From assembly GCA_018675975.1 (NCBI GenBank), contig JABGXB010000003.1, forward strand, positions 331,821 through 395,820: 64,000 nt of DNA. Reading direction: 5' to 3'. Below are positions 39,145 through 49,412 of this stretch, piece after piece; positions within the stretch are counted from its first letter, which is position 1; every line of letters begins with the position of its first letter. The notes under the pieces were generated by a model. It saw only the letters and a list, made by a program, of their open reading frames with translations. It did no database searches and was not told the DNA's origin. Source of the DNA: Candidatus Woesearchaeota archaeon (GTDB taxonomy: Archaea > Nanobdellota > Nanobdellia > Woesearchaeales > JABGXB01). Position numbers and translations under genes: made by a program.

Positions 39145-40434
39145 TTATTTAATATTAAAATTTCCTAAAAGACAATATTTATTTTTATGTTTTACCAAAA
39201 TCCCAATTTTATTTAAATGATCCAAATCCGATTTAATAAGAGTTATATGATATTTTTTTGTAATATTTTTATATTTAGGATATTTTTTAATTAAATTAAT
39301 TACATCACCAACTTCCAAAATCCCATTTTTATAAAAAATATCAACAATTTTTTTTCTTCTTTTTGTTGCTTCTAAACTAGAACCATATATATTAGAATTT
39401 AAAATAAATTTAACTAAACTATTTTTAAAACCATTATTAATTTCATTTTCAAATTCAAAAAATAAAAAAATATTAAAATCTTTAGTTTTATCAACAAAAT
39501 CAAATTTAGATTTAAAATAATTCTCTGAAAAATACTTATACAATTTCAATGCATATGTAGCATAATAAGAAGTATAAATTTGAATTTTTTTATCAGACTT
39601 AATTAAACCCCAACCTCCTGATTTAAGAGAATGTTTAATTAAAAAATTAAATGCTTTTTTAACATTAGAATTAAAAGGATCGGCTTTTAAAACTAATAAA
39701 CAAATTAAAGATAATGAAGTAGCATAAACTGTGGATTGATCATTAATTGTAGTATCAGAAGATGAAAAACCGCCATCCGAATTTTGATTACTAATTAAAA
39801 AATCAAGCGCCTCATCAATAATTTCCCAATTATAATTTTGATTGGTTCTTAAAATAGAAAATAAGACATTTGCAGTATATGAATTTTGACTTTTTTCACT
39901 ATTTTGATTATAACCCCAACCCAATTTATCTTTTGCTCGATTCATATAAAACCATTTTACTAATTTCAATAAAGAAGCATTTATTTTTTGAGAATTATAT
40001 AAATATAATGGATCAACAATAGAAAAATTAAGTAAATTATAAGTATCAGGAAAAACTCCCCAATATCCACCAATACATTGTTTATCTAAAATTAAATCAA
40101 TAATTTTTTTTTGTCTTTTTTTAACAAAACTATTATCTAAAAATCTAATTACTTTTAATTTTGAACATAAAAAATTAATTTCTGTATCAGCAGAAAAGTT
40201 AAAATTAAGACAATATAATAAAGATTTATTTATATGAGGCAAGTAATCAATATTTTGCGAATATATTAAAATTCTAATTGCCTCACTAGTCCTTACAAGA
40301 GTATGATCAAAAAAAGGAGGTATATTTATATTAGGATCCTTATTAAAAATAAAAGAACCATCTTCATTTGAAAATTTCACAATTTCCTTACACGTTTTAT
40401 TAATTAAATTATCTATAATCTCAATTTCATTCAT
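39145..40434 (-). CDS. Prenyltransferase/squalene-cyclase-repeat (alpha/alpha barrel) protein with possible C-terminal winged helix
   Basis: QW-like repeats LDKQCIGGYW, FLISNQNSDGGF, FLIKHSLKSGGWG, plus TVYATS and IYTSY. Confidence 0.75.
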   Translation of the reverse strand: MNEIEIIDNLINKTCKEIVKFSNEDGSFIFNKDPNINIPPFFDHTLVRTSEAIRILIYSQNIDYLPHINKSLLYCLNFNFSADTEINFLCSKLKVIRFLDNSFVKKRQKKIIDLILDKQCIGGYWGVFPDTYNLLNFSIVDPLYLYNSQKINASLLKLVKWFYMNRAKDKLGWGYNQNSEKSQNSYTANVLFSILRTNQNYNWEIIDEALDFLISNQNSDGGFSSSDTTINDQSTVYATSLSLICLLVLKADPFNSNVKKAFNFLIKHSLKSGGWGLIKSDKKIQIYTSYYATYALKLYKYFSENYFKSKFDFVDKTKDFNIFLFFEFENEINNGFKNSLVKFILNSNIYGSSLEATKRRKKIVDIFYKNGILEVGDVINLIKKYPKYKNITKKYHITLIKSDLDHLNKIGILVKHKNKYCLLGNFNIK

Positions 40435-40532
40435 AAATATACAATAAATTAAATATTTTTAAAAATGTGTGAATTCCAGAAGTAATAATAAAAAAAAGCT
40501 ATCTTTATAAAAGGTAAAAAATAACTCAAAAT

Positions 40533-40748
40533 ATGAGTGATACTAAGTTAACTAAATACGAAAAAACAAAAATTATATCTGCAAGAGCATTAGCAATTTC
40601 CGAAGGGGCTGTCCCAAAGGTTGAATTAACTGAAGAAGATCTTAAAAGAATTAATTATTCACCAGTAAAAATAGCACTATTAGAATTTGAAAAAGATGTA
40701 ATCCCTATTATTATTGAAAAAACTTGGCCAGAAAGAAAAAGTTATTAA
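40533..40748 (+). CDS. rpoK: RNA polymerase subunit Rpo6 (K)
   Basis: LTKYEKTKIISARALAISEGA..PVKIALLEF....IPI. Confidence 0.95.
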   Translation: MSDTKLTKYEKTKIISARALAISEGAVPKVELTEEDLKRINYSPVKIALLEFEKDVIPIIIEKTWPERKSY

Positions 40749-40751
40749 AAA

Positions 40752-41405
40752 ATGCCATGGCGAGACAATTATAATCAAATAAAATTTGATTTTTTACTTT
40801 TCCACAACAAAAAAATAAATATAAATGAAATAATTTCTAATTTAAACAAAAATTCTAAAGAATATATACTAAATTGTAATATTAAAATTAATGAATGTGA
40901 AAATAATAAATTAAATGAATTATTTAATGAAAAAAAATTAATAACAAAATTAAAAATCGAAACTATATTTAATAAAAAAACATTTGAATTAAGCCCAGAA
41001 AGTTATTATTATTTAGAATATATAGATGAATTTTTATACAATATAAAAGAAAAATACAATATTAAAATATTTGATTTAATTCAATCAAAAGAAATCGAAA
41101 TTAATAAATTAAAACCGAATTTCCCCAATTTTAAAAATAGAATTGAAATACACAAAATAAAAAAAAAAGACAGATACCAACTTCACACACATGGATTAAA
41201 TAAATTTTCCATACCAGACTTACAAATAAATAATATAAAAAAAGAAGAAATAAATGATTTTAAAAAAATAATTATTGAAACTGCAACTAATTTATTAATA
41301 AGCAATAAAACTAAATTAAAAATATTAAATAAATATATAATATTAGAATTTATGAGTAATTCAAAAGAACATTTTGACAAACCACAATTAAAAATAATTT
41401 ATTAA
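40752..41405 (+). CDS. Hypothetical protein
   Basis: 217-aa ORF in an operon-like run with rpoK. Contains HTHGL.KF..PDLQI, reminiscent of DUF4261-like domains (weak). Confidence 0.65.
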   Translation: MPWRDNYNQIKFDFLLFHNKKININEIISNLNKNSKEYILNCNIKINECENNKLNELFNEKKLITKLKIETIFNKKTFELSPESYYYLEYIDEFLYNIKEKYNIKIFDLIQSKEIEINKLKPNFPNFKNRIEIHKIKKKDRYQLHTHGLNKFSIPDLQINNIKKEEINDFKKIIIETATNLLISNKTKLKILNKYIILEFMSNSKEHFDKPQLKIIY

Positions 41406-41408
41406 AAA

Positions 41409-42623
41409 ATGATAAAAACAAACATAAAAGAATATTCATTTCAAGAGATTAATAATAAAATTAGAGTAATTTTTAAACAAAATAATTATTTTGAAATCGA
41501 TAAAGACTTTACAGATATAGAATATGAAATTAAAGATAATCAATTATGTTTTAATACTGAAAATGAAAAAAAAATAAAAAAAATAATGCATAAAATTTTA
41601 TCTTACGCAGAATATAAAAACATATTTACAAATAAAAAAATATATTATATTAATGAACAAAGTCAAATACCATTAATTGGAAGTATTGCATATGGGTTAA
41701 TTGACAGGGGTAGCAATATAATTGAAATCAGACCCAATACAGGTTGTAATATGAACTGTCCATTTTGTAGTGTAGATGAAGGTTTAAGTTCTAAAAAAAA
41801 AGTAGAATATTATGTTGAACCACATTATCTTGCAAAAGAATTTCAAAAACTATGCGAATTAAAAAATACAGATTATATAGAAGCGCACATAGGCCCACAA
41901 GGTGAGCCAGTAGCTTATGACGATTTAGAATTATTTATTTCATTAATTAAAAAAATACCCAATGTAAAAATAATTTCCATAAATACAAATGGAACATTAA
42001 TTACAAAAGAACTTGCAGATAAATTAATTAAAGCAGGCCTTAATAGAGTAAATTTATCTTTACACACTATGGACACATTAAATTCTAAAAAAATGTTTGG
42101 TAGTGGAAAATACGACATAGAACAAATAAAAGAAATTTCACAATATCTTGCAAATAAAATTGAATTAGTTATTGCACCAGTCTTAGTCAAAGGATATAAT
42201 GAAGAAGATTTAATTGAAGTAATTAATTTTGCAAAAAAAATAAGTAAAAATATAAAATTTCCTAAAATTTGCATACAAAATTTTTTAAGATATAAATTTG
42301 GAAGAAATCCAGTAAAAGAAATTAAATGGGATGAGTTTTACAAACAATTAGATTATTATGAAAAAAGTACAAATACTAATATGAAAATAACTGAATCAGA
42401 TTTTAATATTAAACCATGCAATTCACCAGAAAAAACAATAAAAAAAAATGAAATATTAAAAGTCAAAATTGTACTACCAGGAAGACTTCAAGGAGAAAAA
42501 ATTGCAATGGCAAAAAAAAGATCAATTAGTATATTTAATGCCGAAAATTTACAAATTGGAAAAGAATATAAAATAAAAATAATAAAAGATAAACATAATT
42601 TATATACAGCCGTACCAAATTAA
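41409..42623 (+). CDS. Archaeal radical SAM protein with C-terminal TRAM-like domain
   Basis: GLIDRGSN.IEIRP.TGCNMNCPFCSVDEG, QGEP, TNGTL. Confidence 0.9.
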   Translation: MIKTNIKEYSFQEINNKIRVIFKQNNYFEIDKDFTDIEYEIKDNQLCFNTENEKKIKKIMHKILSYAEYKNIFTNKKIYYINEQSQIPLIGSIAYGLIDRGSNIIEIRPNTGCNMNCPFCSVDEGLSSKKKVEYYVEPHYLAKEFQKLCELKNTDYIEAHIGPQGEPVAYDDLELFISLIKKIPNVKIISINTNGTLITKELADKLIKAGLNRVNLSLHTMDTLNSKKMFGSGKYDIEQIKEISQYLANKIELVIAPVLVKGYNEEDLIEVINFAKKISKNIKFPKICIQNFLRYKFGRNPVKEIKWDEFYKQLDYYEKSTNTNMKITESDFNIKPCNSPEKTIKKNEILKVKIVLPGRLQGEKIAMAKKRSISIFNAENLQIGKEYKIKIIKDKHNLYTAVPN

Positions 42624-42638
42624 AATAAAATTATAAAA

Positions 42639-43784
42639 TTAAAACAATAAATTAAAAATAAAATAAATTATAACTATAATAAATATAATTAACAGAAACC
42701 ACAATATATTTTTAAAAATTGAACTACCATCATCAACAGTTCTATTTTCAACAATTTTATCAACATCAAAAGAAAGTGATTTATTATTAGAATCTACATT
42801 ATTATTAACATCATTTTTATCATCAGTAGTTTCAATTAAAATATCTGAATCATTATCAATTGGATTCAAATCGTCAACTGTCTCAACAATATCATTTTCA
42901 ATTACATCATCATCTGAATTATCATTAACATCTAATTCACCAGATTCTTTTTTTGCTAACCAGTCCTTATAATTAATACCACAACCTTCTCTTTTCAATA
43001 ATAATTTTTCAGTTCTATCAGTTTTAATACCAGCTCTAGATTTTAAAGGACTTGGAGTAACTTCAAAAATAAAACTTCCATCAAATAATTTATCTCTTGG
43101 TAATTCAAGTTCAATAAAACCAGAATCAGTATACCCATTGTCACCTTTAATTGAATGATAAGCCACTCCAAATATATTTAAAATTCTATTAGTAATTCTA
43201 ACTTCAGCAGCATCCAAGTCTGATTCTCCATTATTCATAATAGTATAAAAAACTTTAACAGAATTTTCATTACATTGAATTATTTTTGAATCCATCCTTG
43301 CATCTTTAATTAATACATCTTTTCTATTTTGATTAAATTTTAAATTCACAATAAAAGGTTCACTATTAACAAAAGTTCTATTAACCCCATATTCACCTTT
43401 AGCAGTAATATTTAATTTATAATCACCTGAATTTAATTCATAAGGAGCTCTATTATCATTTTCAAAAATTAATTCTAAAGTTTCACAATCATTTTTTTTA
43501 ATATCAATTTTTTCATTATCTTCTAATTTAAAGCTACTCCCATCATCCAAATTAGGAATATTTGCAAAAATTTCCACATCCTCTAAATCTTCAGCAAAAT
43601 CATTACAAATATTAATTTCAAAAAATAATTTTTGCCCAGATCTAATTACTTCATTATATTTTTCATTATTTTCAACAGATTGCTCATCATTATTAATAAC
43701 TATTGAAGTTTCATCAATATATAATAAACTAGATGCAAATACTGAACACAATAATAATAATACAATAAATATATTTAACTTCAT
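42639..43784 (-). CDS. Secreted Ig/CARDB-like surface protein with acidic linker and C-terminal TM anchor
   Basis: Signal peptide, TIMNNGESD, Asp-rich linker, terminal hydrophobic helix. Confidence 0.7.
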   Translation of the reverse strand: MKLNIFIVLLLLCSVFASSLLYIDETSIVINNDEQSVENNEKYNEVIRSGQKLFFEINICNDFAEDLEDVEIFANIPNLDDGSSFKLEDNEKIDIKKNDCETLELIFENDNRAPYELNSGDYKLNITAKGEYGVNRTFVNSEPFIVNLKFNQNRKDVLIKDARMDSKIIQCNENSVKVFYTIMNNGESDLDAAEVRITNRILNIFGVAYHSIKGDNGYTDSGFIELELPRDKLFDGSFIFEVTPSPLKSRAGIKTDRTEKLLLKREGCGINYKDWLAKKESGELDVNDNSDDDVIENDIVETVDDLNPIDNDSDILIETTDDKNDVNNNVDSNNKSLSFDVDKIVENRTVDDGSSIFKNILWFLLIIFIIVIIYFIFNLLF

Positions 43785-43869
43785 ATTTAATATAAAAACC
43801 TTTAATTTTTAAAAACTATTGTATTAAAACAGACAATAATTTTATAATAATTAATAAAAACACACAAAT

Positions 43870-44550
43870 ATGCAAAATATCATTTCTTTTTCATATCTTT
43901 ATGACATATTAAGAAAAGAAAAAGTCAACAATGGATTAACTAAATTAGAATATGATTTATTTGACAATATAGAAGATTATTTGAAAATAAAAAAAGAAAT
44001 ATTGCAAAATGCAAAAAATTCAAATAATAATAAAAAAATTGAACAAATCGAAGAAGAATTAAAAACAATTATAGACATTGTAAAACAAGTATATAAAACT
44101 AGACTTTCTAAGACTATTGAATTAGCAAAAAATGCACTTGAATATGATAATATTAATGAAGAAGTATTAGAAAATTTATCAAAATTTGAAAAAGAATATT
44201 TTTTATCAATTATAAAAATATTTTCAAAACAAAAAAAGTGGCTATTTGATCAATTTCTTTTTAATGAAAAAGAAATAGAAACAAAAAATATAGATAATAT
44301 AGAAAAATCACAAAATATAGATTCCAATATAAATACAAATATAGAAAATATACAAGAAAACAAAAAAGATGAAGAAAATGAAATTATTGAAGAAATTGAC
44401 TTAATTGAAGTTATTTTTAATAAAGACGTACCAAAATTTATTGGTTTAGATTTAAAATTTAAAGGTCCATTTAAAAAAGGTGATAAGGTTAAAATGGATA
44501 AAAAACAAACAAATTTTTTATTAAAAAAAGGCATAATAACCCTCAATTAA
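43870..44550 (+). CDS. GINS subunit (Gins51-like)
   Basis: LRKEK....LTKL...F...I..YL, RLSK, LSKFEK and C-terminal VPKFIGLDLK..GPFKKGD B-domain. Adjacent to eL42. Confidence 0.85.
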   Translation: MQNIISFSYLYDILRKEKVNNGLTKLEYDLFDNIEDYLKIKKEILQNAKNSNNNKKIEQIEEELKTIIDIVKQVYKTRLSKTIELAKNALEYDNINEEVLENLSKFEKEYFLSIIKIFSKQKKWLFDQFLFNEKEIETKNIDNIEKSQNIDSNINTNIENIQENKKDEENEIIEEIDLIEVIFNKDVPKFIGLDLKFKGPFKKGDKVKMDKKQTNFLLKKGIITLN

Positions 44551-44598
44551 AACCCATTCATAGTTAGTTTTATAAATTGCTTTAAAATTCTGTACCTT

Positions 44599-44904
44599 AT
44601 GAAAAAACCAAAAATCATGAGAAAATTTTGCCCTAATTGTAAAACTCATACAGAACATAAAATAAGTTCTACTAAAAAGAAAAATAAAAATGTATTATCA
44701 AGAGGTTCTAAAAGTAGAGTAAAAAAAAGAGGTTCAATGGGAATGGGGAATCATGGAAGAATATCTAGACCTCCTGTAGCTAAAAGGAAAAGAGTAGGAG
44801 CAAAATTAGCTAAAAGAACAGACATTAGATATGAATGCTCAGAATGTAAAAAGCAATGGTGTCAAAGATTCGGTATTAAAACAAAAAGATTAGAATTTAT
44901 ATGA
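44599..44904 (+). CDS. rpl44e: 50S ribosomal protein eL42 (L44e)
   Basis: MK.PK....FCPNCKTHTEH...DIRYECSECKK. Confidence 0.96.
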   Translation: MKKPKIMRKFCPNCKTHTEHKISSTKKKNKNVLSRGSKSRVKKRGSMGMGNHGRISRPPVAKRKRVGAKLAKRTDIRYECSECKKQWCQRFGIKTKRLEFI

Positions 44905-46424
44905 TTCTAATAATTTATCCGCCTTTTTCAAATCCATTTGGCCCAAGTTTAGGCCCAGCATTTCTAAAATCGTATATTGAAGCGAATAGTGATTTTAATA
45001 TTAATTTTTATGATTTTAATATAAAATTACATAATAAAATAGTAAATGAAGAATTATCTGAAATTGCAGAAAAATTAAAAAATAAAAATATTAAATCAAA
45101 TTATTTTAGAAAATATTCAAACACATACTATAAAAGATTACAAAACATTTATACAAAATATAATAAAAAAATAATTGAATTATTTAAAAAAAATCAATTT
45201 GATTATTTTGATAAAGAATTTAAAGAAATTTTTGATATGGTTGAAAAAAATAATATAAAAGTTATTGGATTTTCACATTTATTTAATCAACAAATATTTA
45301 TGTCTAGATATTTAGCAGTAAGACTTAAACAAAAATATAATATAACTACAGTATTTGGAGGACACCCCATTGCACACGCCAAAAAAGAATATATTAACAA
45401 AGATGAAATAGACTTCATTATTTTTCAAGATGGTGAAGAAGCCTTTTTACAATTATTAAATCACATTAAAAAAAATAATTATAATTTAAAAAAAATTATT
45501 GAAGATAAACAAATAGAACACATTCCAAATTTAATATATAAAAAACAAAATGAAATTAAAATAAATCAAGCCGAAAAATTTAATTTAGACAAACAAATCA
45601 TCCCTGATTACTCAGATATAAATTTTGATGAATATTTAAGTCCAGAACCAGTAATTAATTTAGTACTCGGAAGAGGATGCTTCTGGAATAAATGTACATT
45701 TTGTACAAGTCCAATTAATAGTGAAGAATTTAGAATCCGCCAAATAGATGATTTTGTAAATGAAATAAAATATTTACAAAAAAAATATAATATAAATTAT
45801 TTTACATTTGAAGATGAAATGATTATGCCTAGCATAATGAAGTTAATTGCAAATAAATTAATTGAACAAAAAATAAATATAAAATATGCATTTCTTGCAA
45901 AACCAAGTCATAAAAAAATGTGGGACTTTAAATTATTAAAAAAAAGCGGCTGTGTAAATATATATTGGGGAGTAGAAACTGGAAATCAAATGATTAGTAA
46001 TTTAATGGACAAAGGAACTAATATACCAGAAGTTAAACAAATATTAAAAAATTCACATGATGCAGGAATATCCAATTGTGTTTTTATTATGTTTGGATTC
46101 CCAGGAGAAACAAAAAAAAGTTTTGAAGATACAATAGAATTAATAAAACAAGATTATATAGATTTTATTTCTTGTAGTACATTTGGATTACAAAAAGATA
46201 CCAGAATAGAAAAAAATCCAGAACAATTTAAAATAAAAAAAATAATTAAAAAAAGAACAATTCTCTCAGATAACTATTCATTTGAAAATTTAGATAATAA
46301 TTCATTATCTAAAACTGAGTTAGAACAAATAAAATTAAAATATAGTCCATTATTAAATGCAAAAAATAAATGGACTGACAAAATTAATTTTTATAGAAAT
46401 CATATATTAGTATTAAATGAATAA
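44901..46424 (+). CDS. Cobalamin-binding-domain radical SAM protein
   Basis: LIYPP...PSLG.A.LKSY, VFGGHP, DGEEAF, GRGCFWNKCTFC, GVETGN, MFGFPGET. Confidence 0.88.
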   Translation: MILIIYPPFSNPFGPSLGPAFLKSYIEANSDFNINFYDFNIKLHNKIVNEELSEIAEKLKNKNIKSNYFRKYSNTYYKRLQNIYTKYNKKIIELFKKNQFDYFDKEFKEIFDMVEKNNIKVIGFSHLFNQQIFMSRYLAVRLKQKYNITTVFGGHPIAHAKKEYINKDEIDFIIFQDGEEAFLQLLNHIKKNNYNLKKIIEDKQIEHIPNLIYKKQNEIKINQAEKFNLDKQIIPDYSDINFDEYLSPEPVINLVLGRGCFWNKCTFCTSPINSEEFRIRQIDDFVNEIKYLQKKYNINYFTFEDEMIMPSIMKLIANKLIEQKINIKYAFLAKPSHKKMWDFKLLKKSGCVNIYWGVETGNQMISNLMDKGTNIPEVKQILKNSHDAGISNCVFIMFGFPGETKKSFEDTIELIKQDYIDFISCSTFGLQKDTRIEKNPEQFKIKKIIKKRTILSDNYSFENLDNNSLSKTELEQIKLKYSPLLNAKNKWTDKINFYRNHILVLNE

Positions 46425-46425
46425 A

Positions 46426-47091
46426 TTAATCAAAGAAATCCACTTTACCATCTAAATAAATTCCCTTATGTAATTTAACTGGACGCCAATTATCACTAAC
46501 TAAATTTGCATCAAGCCAATCCGATAGTTCTTTAGCATTACCAATGGTTGCACTTAATCCAATCAATTGAATACCAGGTAATTTAATTTTTAATAAAGTT
46601 ATTAAAACCTCTAATGTAGGACCACGACTTGTATCATTTAATAAATGAATTTCATCAATTATTATTGTCGCAATATATTTCAACCAAGAAAATCCATGTC
46701 TTATCATACTATCTAATTTTTCACTCGTACAAAATAAAATATCACAATCACTAAATTTATCACCACTCTCATCCATATCACTAGTAGCAATTCCAATTTT
46801 TAAATCCGGATAACATTTTTTAAATTCATCAAATTTTTCATTAGCTAAAGCCTTTAATGGCACAATATAAATTGCTCTCCCCTTATAATTATAAATAGAA
46901 TTTAACATTACTAATTCAGCAATAAGAGTTTTACCTGATGCAGTAGGAGTACAAACTAATAAATTTTTTCCCTCTAATAATCCAGCCTCAATTGATTTTG
47001 TCTGACTCGGCCTTAAAATTTCAATACCGCGATTAATTAAATGATCATATACATTTTTATGTACTATATTTTTAATAGATTCAAGATTCAT
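46426..47091 (-). CDS. Ski2/Hel308-like helicase, first RecA domain only
   Basis: LRPSQ, PTASGKT, PLKALANEK, TSEKLDS, DEIH, RGPTLE, LSAT, WRPV.L, then stop. Start at ATG 47091 from TATA spacing. Confidence 0.9.
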   Translation of the reverse strand: MNLESIKNIVHKNVYDHLINRGIEILRPSQTKSIEAGLLEGKNLLVCTPTASGKTLIAELVMLNSIYNYKGRAIYIVPLKALANEKFDEFKKCYPDLKIGIATSDMDESGDKFSDCDILFCTSEKLDSMIRHGFSWLKYIATIIIDEIHLLNDTSRGPTLEVLITLLKIKLPGIQLIGLSATIGNAKELSDWLDANLVSDNWRPVKLHKGIYLDGKVDFFD

Positions 47092-47191
47092 AATAAAACT
47101 CAAACTCAATAATTTATTAAATTATTGAAACAAAGAATACAATAATATTTATAAAAAAAATGTATTAATAGCTATTGTCAAATAAAAAAAG

Positions 47192-48841
47192 GTGTCAATG
47201 AATAAAAAAGAAGTCTCATTTACAAGTATTGAAAATATAAAAAAAGAAATAGATAAAGCTACCTCAAAACAAGGAATTAGTGATGAAATTAATGACATTA
47301 GTAAAATAATTGATATTGACACCTGGGTTAAAATTCAAGATAATTTTGCAACAGCAATAAATTTACCAGTATTTCTAATTGAAGAAAGTGGAACTGAGAT
47401 AGCAGTTTCAAATGACTTCCCATATTTTTGTAAATTAATTAATTCAAAAGAAAAAGGAAGAAAAGCATGTATTAATTGTAGAAAAAAAAATTATAAAGAA
47501 TTAAAAGAAGAAGATACAAATATAAAATATTTTGAATGTCATGCAGGATTATTTAATATAATGACACCAATTAAAATCAATAATAAAATGGTTGGTGCAA
47601 TTAATTGTTCCTCCATTCTTAAAAGTTCCAGAAATATTGCAAAAGTAATAAGGGTCGCAGAAGAATTAAATATTGAAAGTGTTGAACTAATCGATGCAGT
47701 AAATGAATTACCAATTAAACAAAGAGAAGATTTAGTTTTTAATGGAACTCTACTATATGTTTTATCTCAAACAATACCAGGTCTAGTAAATGAACATAAA
47801 ACCAATATAGAAAAAATAAATGAATTAGAAATAATTAATAAATTTTCAAATGAAATTCAATCCACATTACAATTAAATGAAACATTAAAAATAATATTAA
47901 ATAAAATAGTAAAATTAACTAATGCCATAGAATCTTCAATTACAATATACAAAGAAGACAAAGATAATAAAATCCTAGAAAGATATACAAATTCAAAAAA
48001 TGATTTACAATTATTTCAAAATATTGAAAAACAAATAATAAATAAAATTACTAATGAAAAAAATTTAAAAAAAATATATGAATTTGAAAAAATAGAAGAT
48101 GAATTTAATATAAAAACTACATTTATTAAAAAAATAAAAACCATTCCATTATTAATGAGACAAAAAATAATAGGTTTTATTTTTATCTACTTAGATAATA
48201 TAGAAAAAGATAAAAATTTAGAATTATTACAAATTATTTCTAGTCAGTCTGCATTTGGAATAATAAATGCACAACAATTCAAAGAAATTAATACACTAGC
48301 CATAATGGATAAATTAACAAATTTATATAATAGACGATATATAATGGAAAAATTAGATGATGAACTTAAAAGAGCACAAAGAACTGAAAGATTTTTATCT
48401 ATAATATTAATGGACATAGATCATTTTTCAAATTATAATAATAATAATGGACACCCTGAAGGAGATAAATTATTAACAAAAATATCCGCTTTAATTAAAG
48501 AAAATACAAGAGAAATTGATATAATTGGAAGATATGGTGGTGAAGAAATCATAGTACTATTACCAGATGCAAATATAAATGAAGCCTTGCCAGTAGCTGA
48601 AAGAATAAGAAAAGCAATAGAAAACTATCCATTTGCAAACAGAGAAAAACAACCACTAGGAAAAGTAACAACATGCATCGGTCTTGTAAGCCACAGAGGA
48701 AAAAATAAAACAAAAGATGATTTAATAAAACTTTCAGATGATTTATTATATAAATCCAAAAAAGCAGGCCGAAATAAAACAAGTTATAGAATAATAGATG
48801 AAAAAAGTAGTGAAATATTACAATCTCAAACCCATCAATAA
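47192..48841 (+). CDS. PocR-GAF-GGDEF sensor diguanylate-cyclase-like protein
   Basis: PocR (IQDNFA.A...FC..I....G...C...CHAGL...PI), GAF-like middle domain, DKLTNLYNRR, DIDHF, GH..GD, RYGGEEI, KKAGRN. Confidence 0.92.
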   Translation: MSMNKKEVSFTSIENIKKEIDKATSKQGISDEINDISKIIDIDTWVKIQDNFATAINLPVFLIEESGTEIAVSNDFPYFCKLINSKEKGRKACINCRKKNYKELKEEDTNIKYFECHAGLFNIMTPIKINNKMVGAINCSSILKSSRNIAKVIRVAEELNIESVELIDAVNELPIKQREDLVFNGTLLYVLSQTIPGLVNEHKTNIEKINELEIINKFSNEIQSTLQLNETLKIILNKIVKLTNAIESSITIYKEDKDNKILERYTNSKNDLQLFQNIEKQIINKITNEKNLKKIYEFEKIEDEFNIKTTFIKKIKTIPLLMRQKIIGFIFIYLDNIEKDKNLELLQIISSQSAFGIINAQQFKEINTLAIMDKLTNLYNRRYIMEKLDDELKRAQRTERFLSIILMDIDHFSNYNNNNGHPEGDKLLTKISALIKENTREIDIIGRYGGEEIIVLLPDANINEALPVAERIRKAIENYPFANREKQPLGKVTTCIGLVSHRGKNKTKDDLIKLSDDLLYKSKKAGRNKTSYRIIDEKSSEILQSQTHQ

Positions 48842-48843
48842 AA

Positions 48844-49338
48844 TTAATCTGGCAATAATTTTTTATATTTTTCTAGAGATGACATAACTGCACCATACCC
48901 ATCCATAAATTTTTGTTCATTATTAAGTATTAAAGTTAAAAAATGTTCAACATCACCAAGGGATTCAAATGAACCTCTACCAATTGCCGAAAAATAATAA
49001 TCTGAATTATCAACGAATGGTACAAAAATTCCAGCAGTTAATTCATATAAACTCAAGACAGAATTGTCTTTAACAAACTGATTAGCTACACCCATATAAT
49101 CTTTTAAACCTTTAACATATTCTTCAAGACTAGCAATAGTTTCATTTGTAGATATTTTCAAATGCGGAATTTGTCTCCAATCATCATGTTTAAAAAGAGA
49201 ATAAAATAATCCACCTTGATCACCAACTGAAAGCCTTCTAAACGTATCTTTTTGAAAAGAACATCTTGTATTTTCTAAACAACCTGTTAAAAATTTTTTA
49301 TTATTAAACCCCAACTTAACAAATTTTTGATCACTCAT
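48844..49338 (-). CDS. Hypothetical protein
   Basis: 164-aa ORF with a TATA-like element 29 nt upstream. Confidence 0.65.
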   Translation of the reverse strand: MSDQKFVKLGFNNKKFLTGCLENTRCSFQKDTFRRLSVGDQGGLFYSLFKHDDWRQIPHLKISTNETIASLEEYVKGLKDYMGVANQFVKDNSVLSLYELTAGIFVPFVDNSDYYFSAIGRGSFESLGDVEHFLTLILNNEQKFMDGYGAVMSSLEKYKKLLPD

Positions 49339-49412
49339 GAAAATAAGTCAACAAGGGTATTTTTAAACATTTATATAAATAAAAATATAAATAGCAAAAT
49401 CAAACATAAACT

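Noticed and set aside
39145..40434. Squalene-hopene cyclase
   Set aside because: Too short for the two-barrel enzyme and lacks the DxDD protonation motif.
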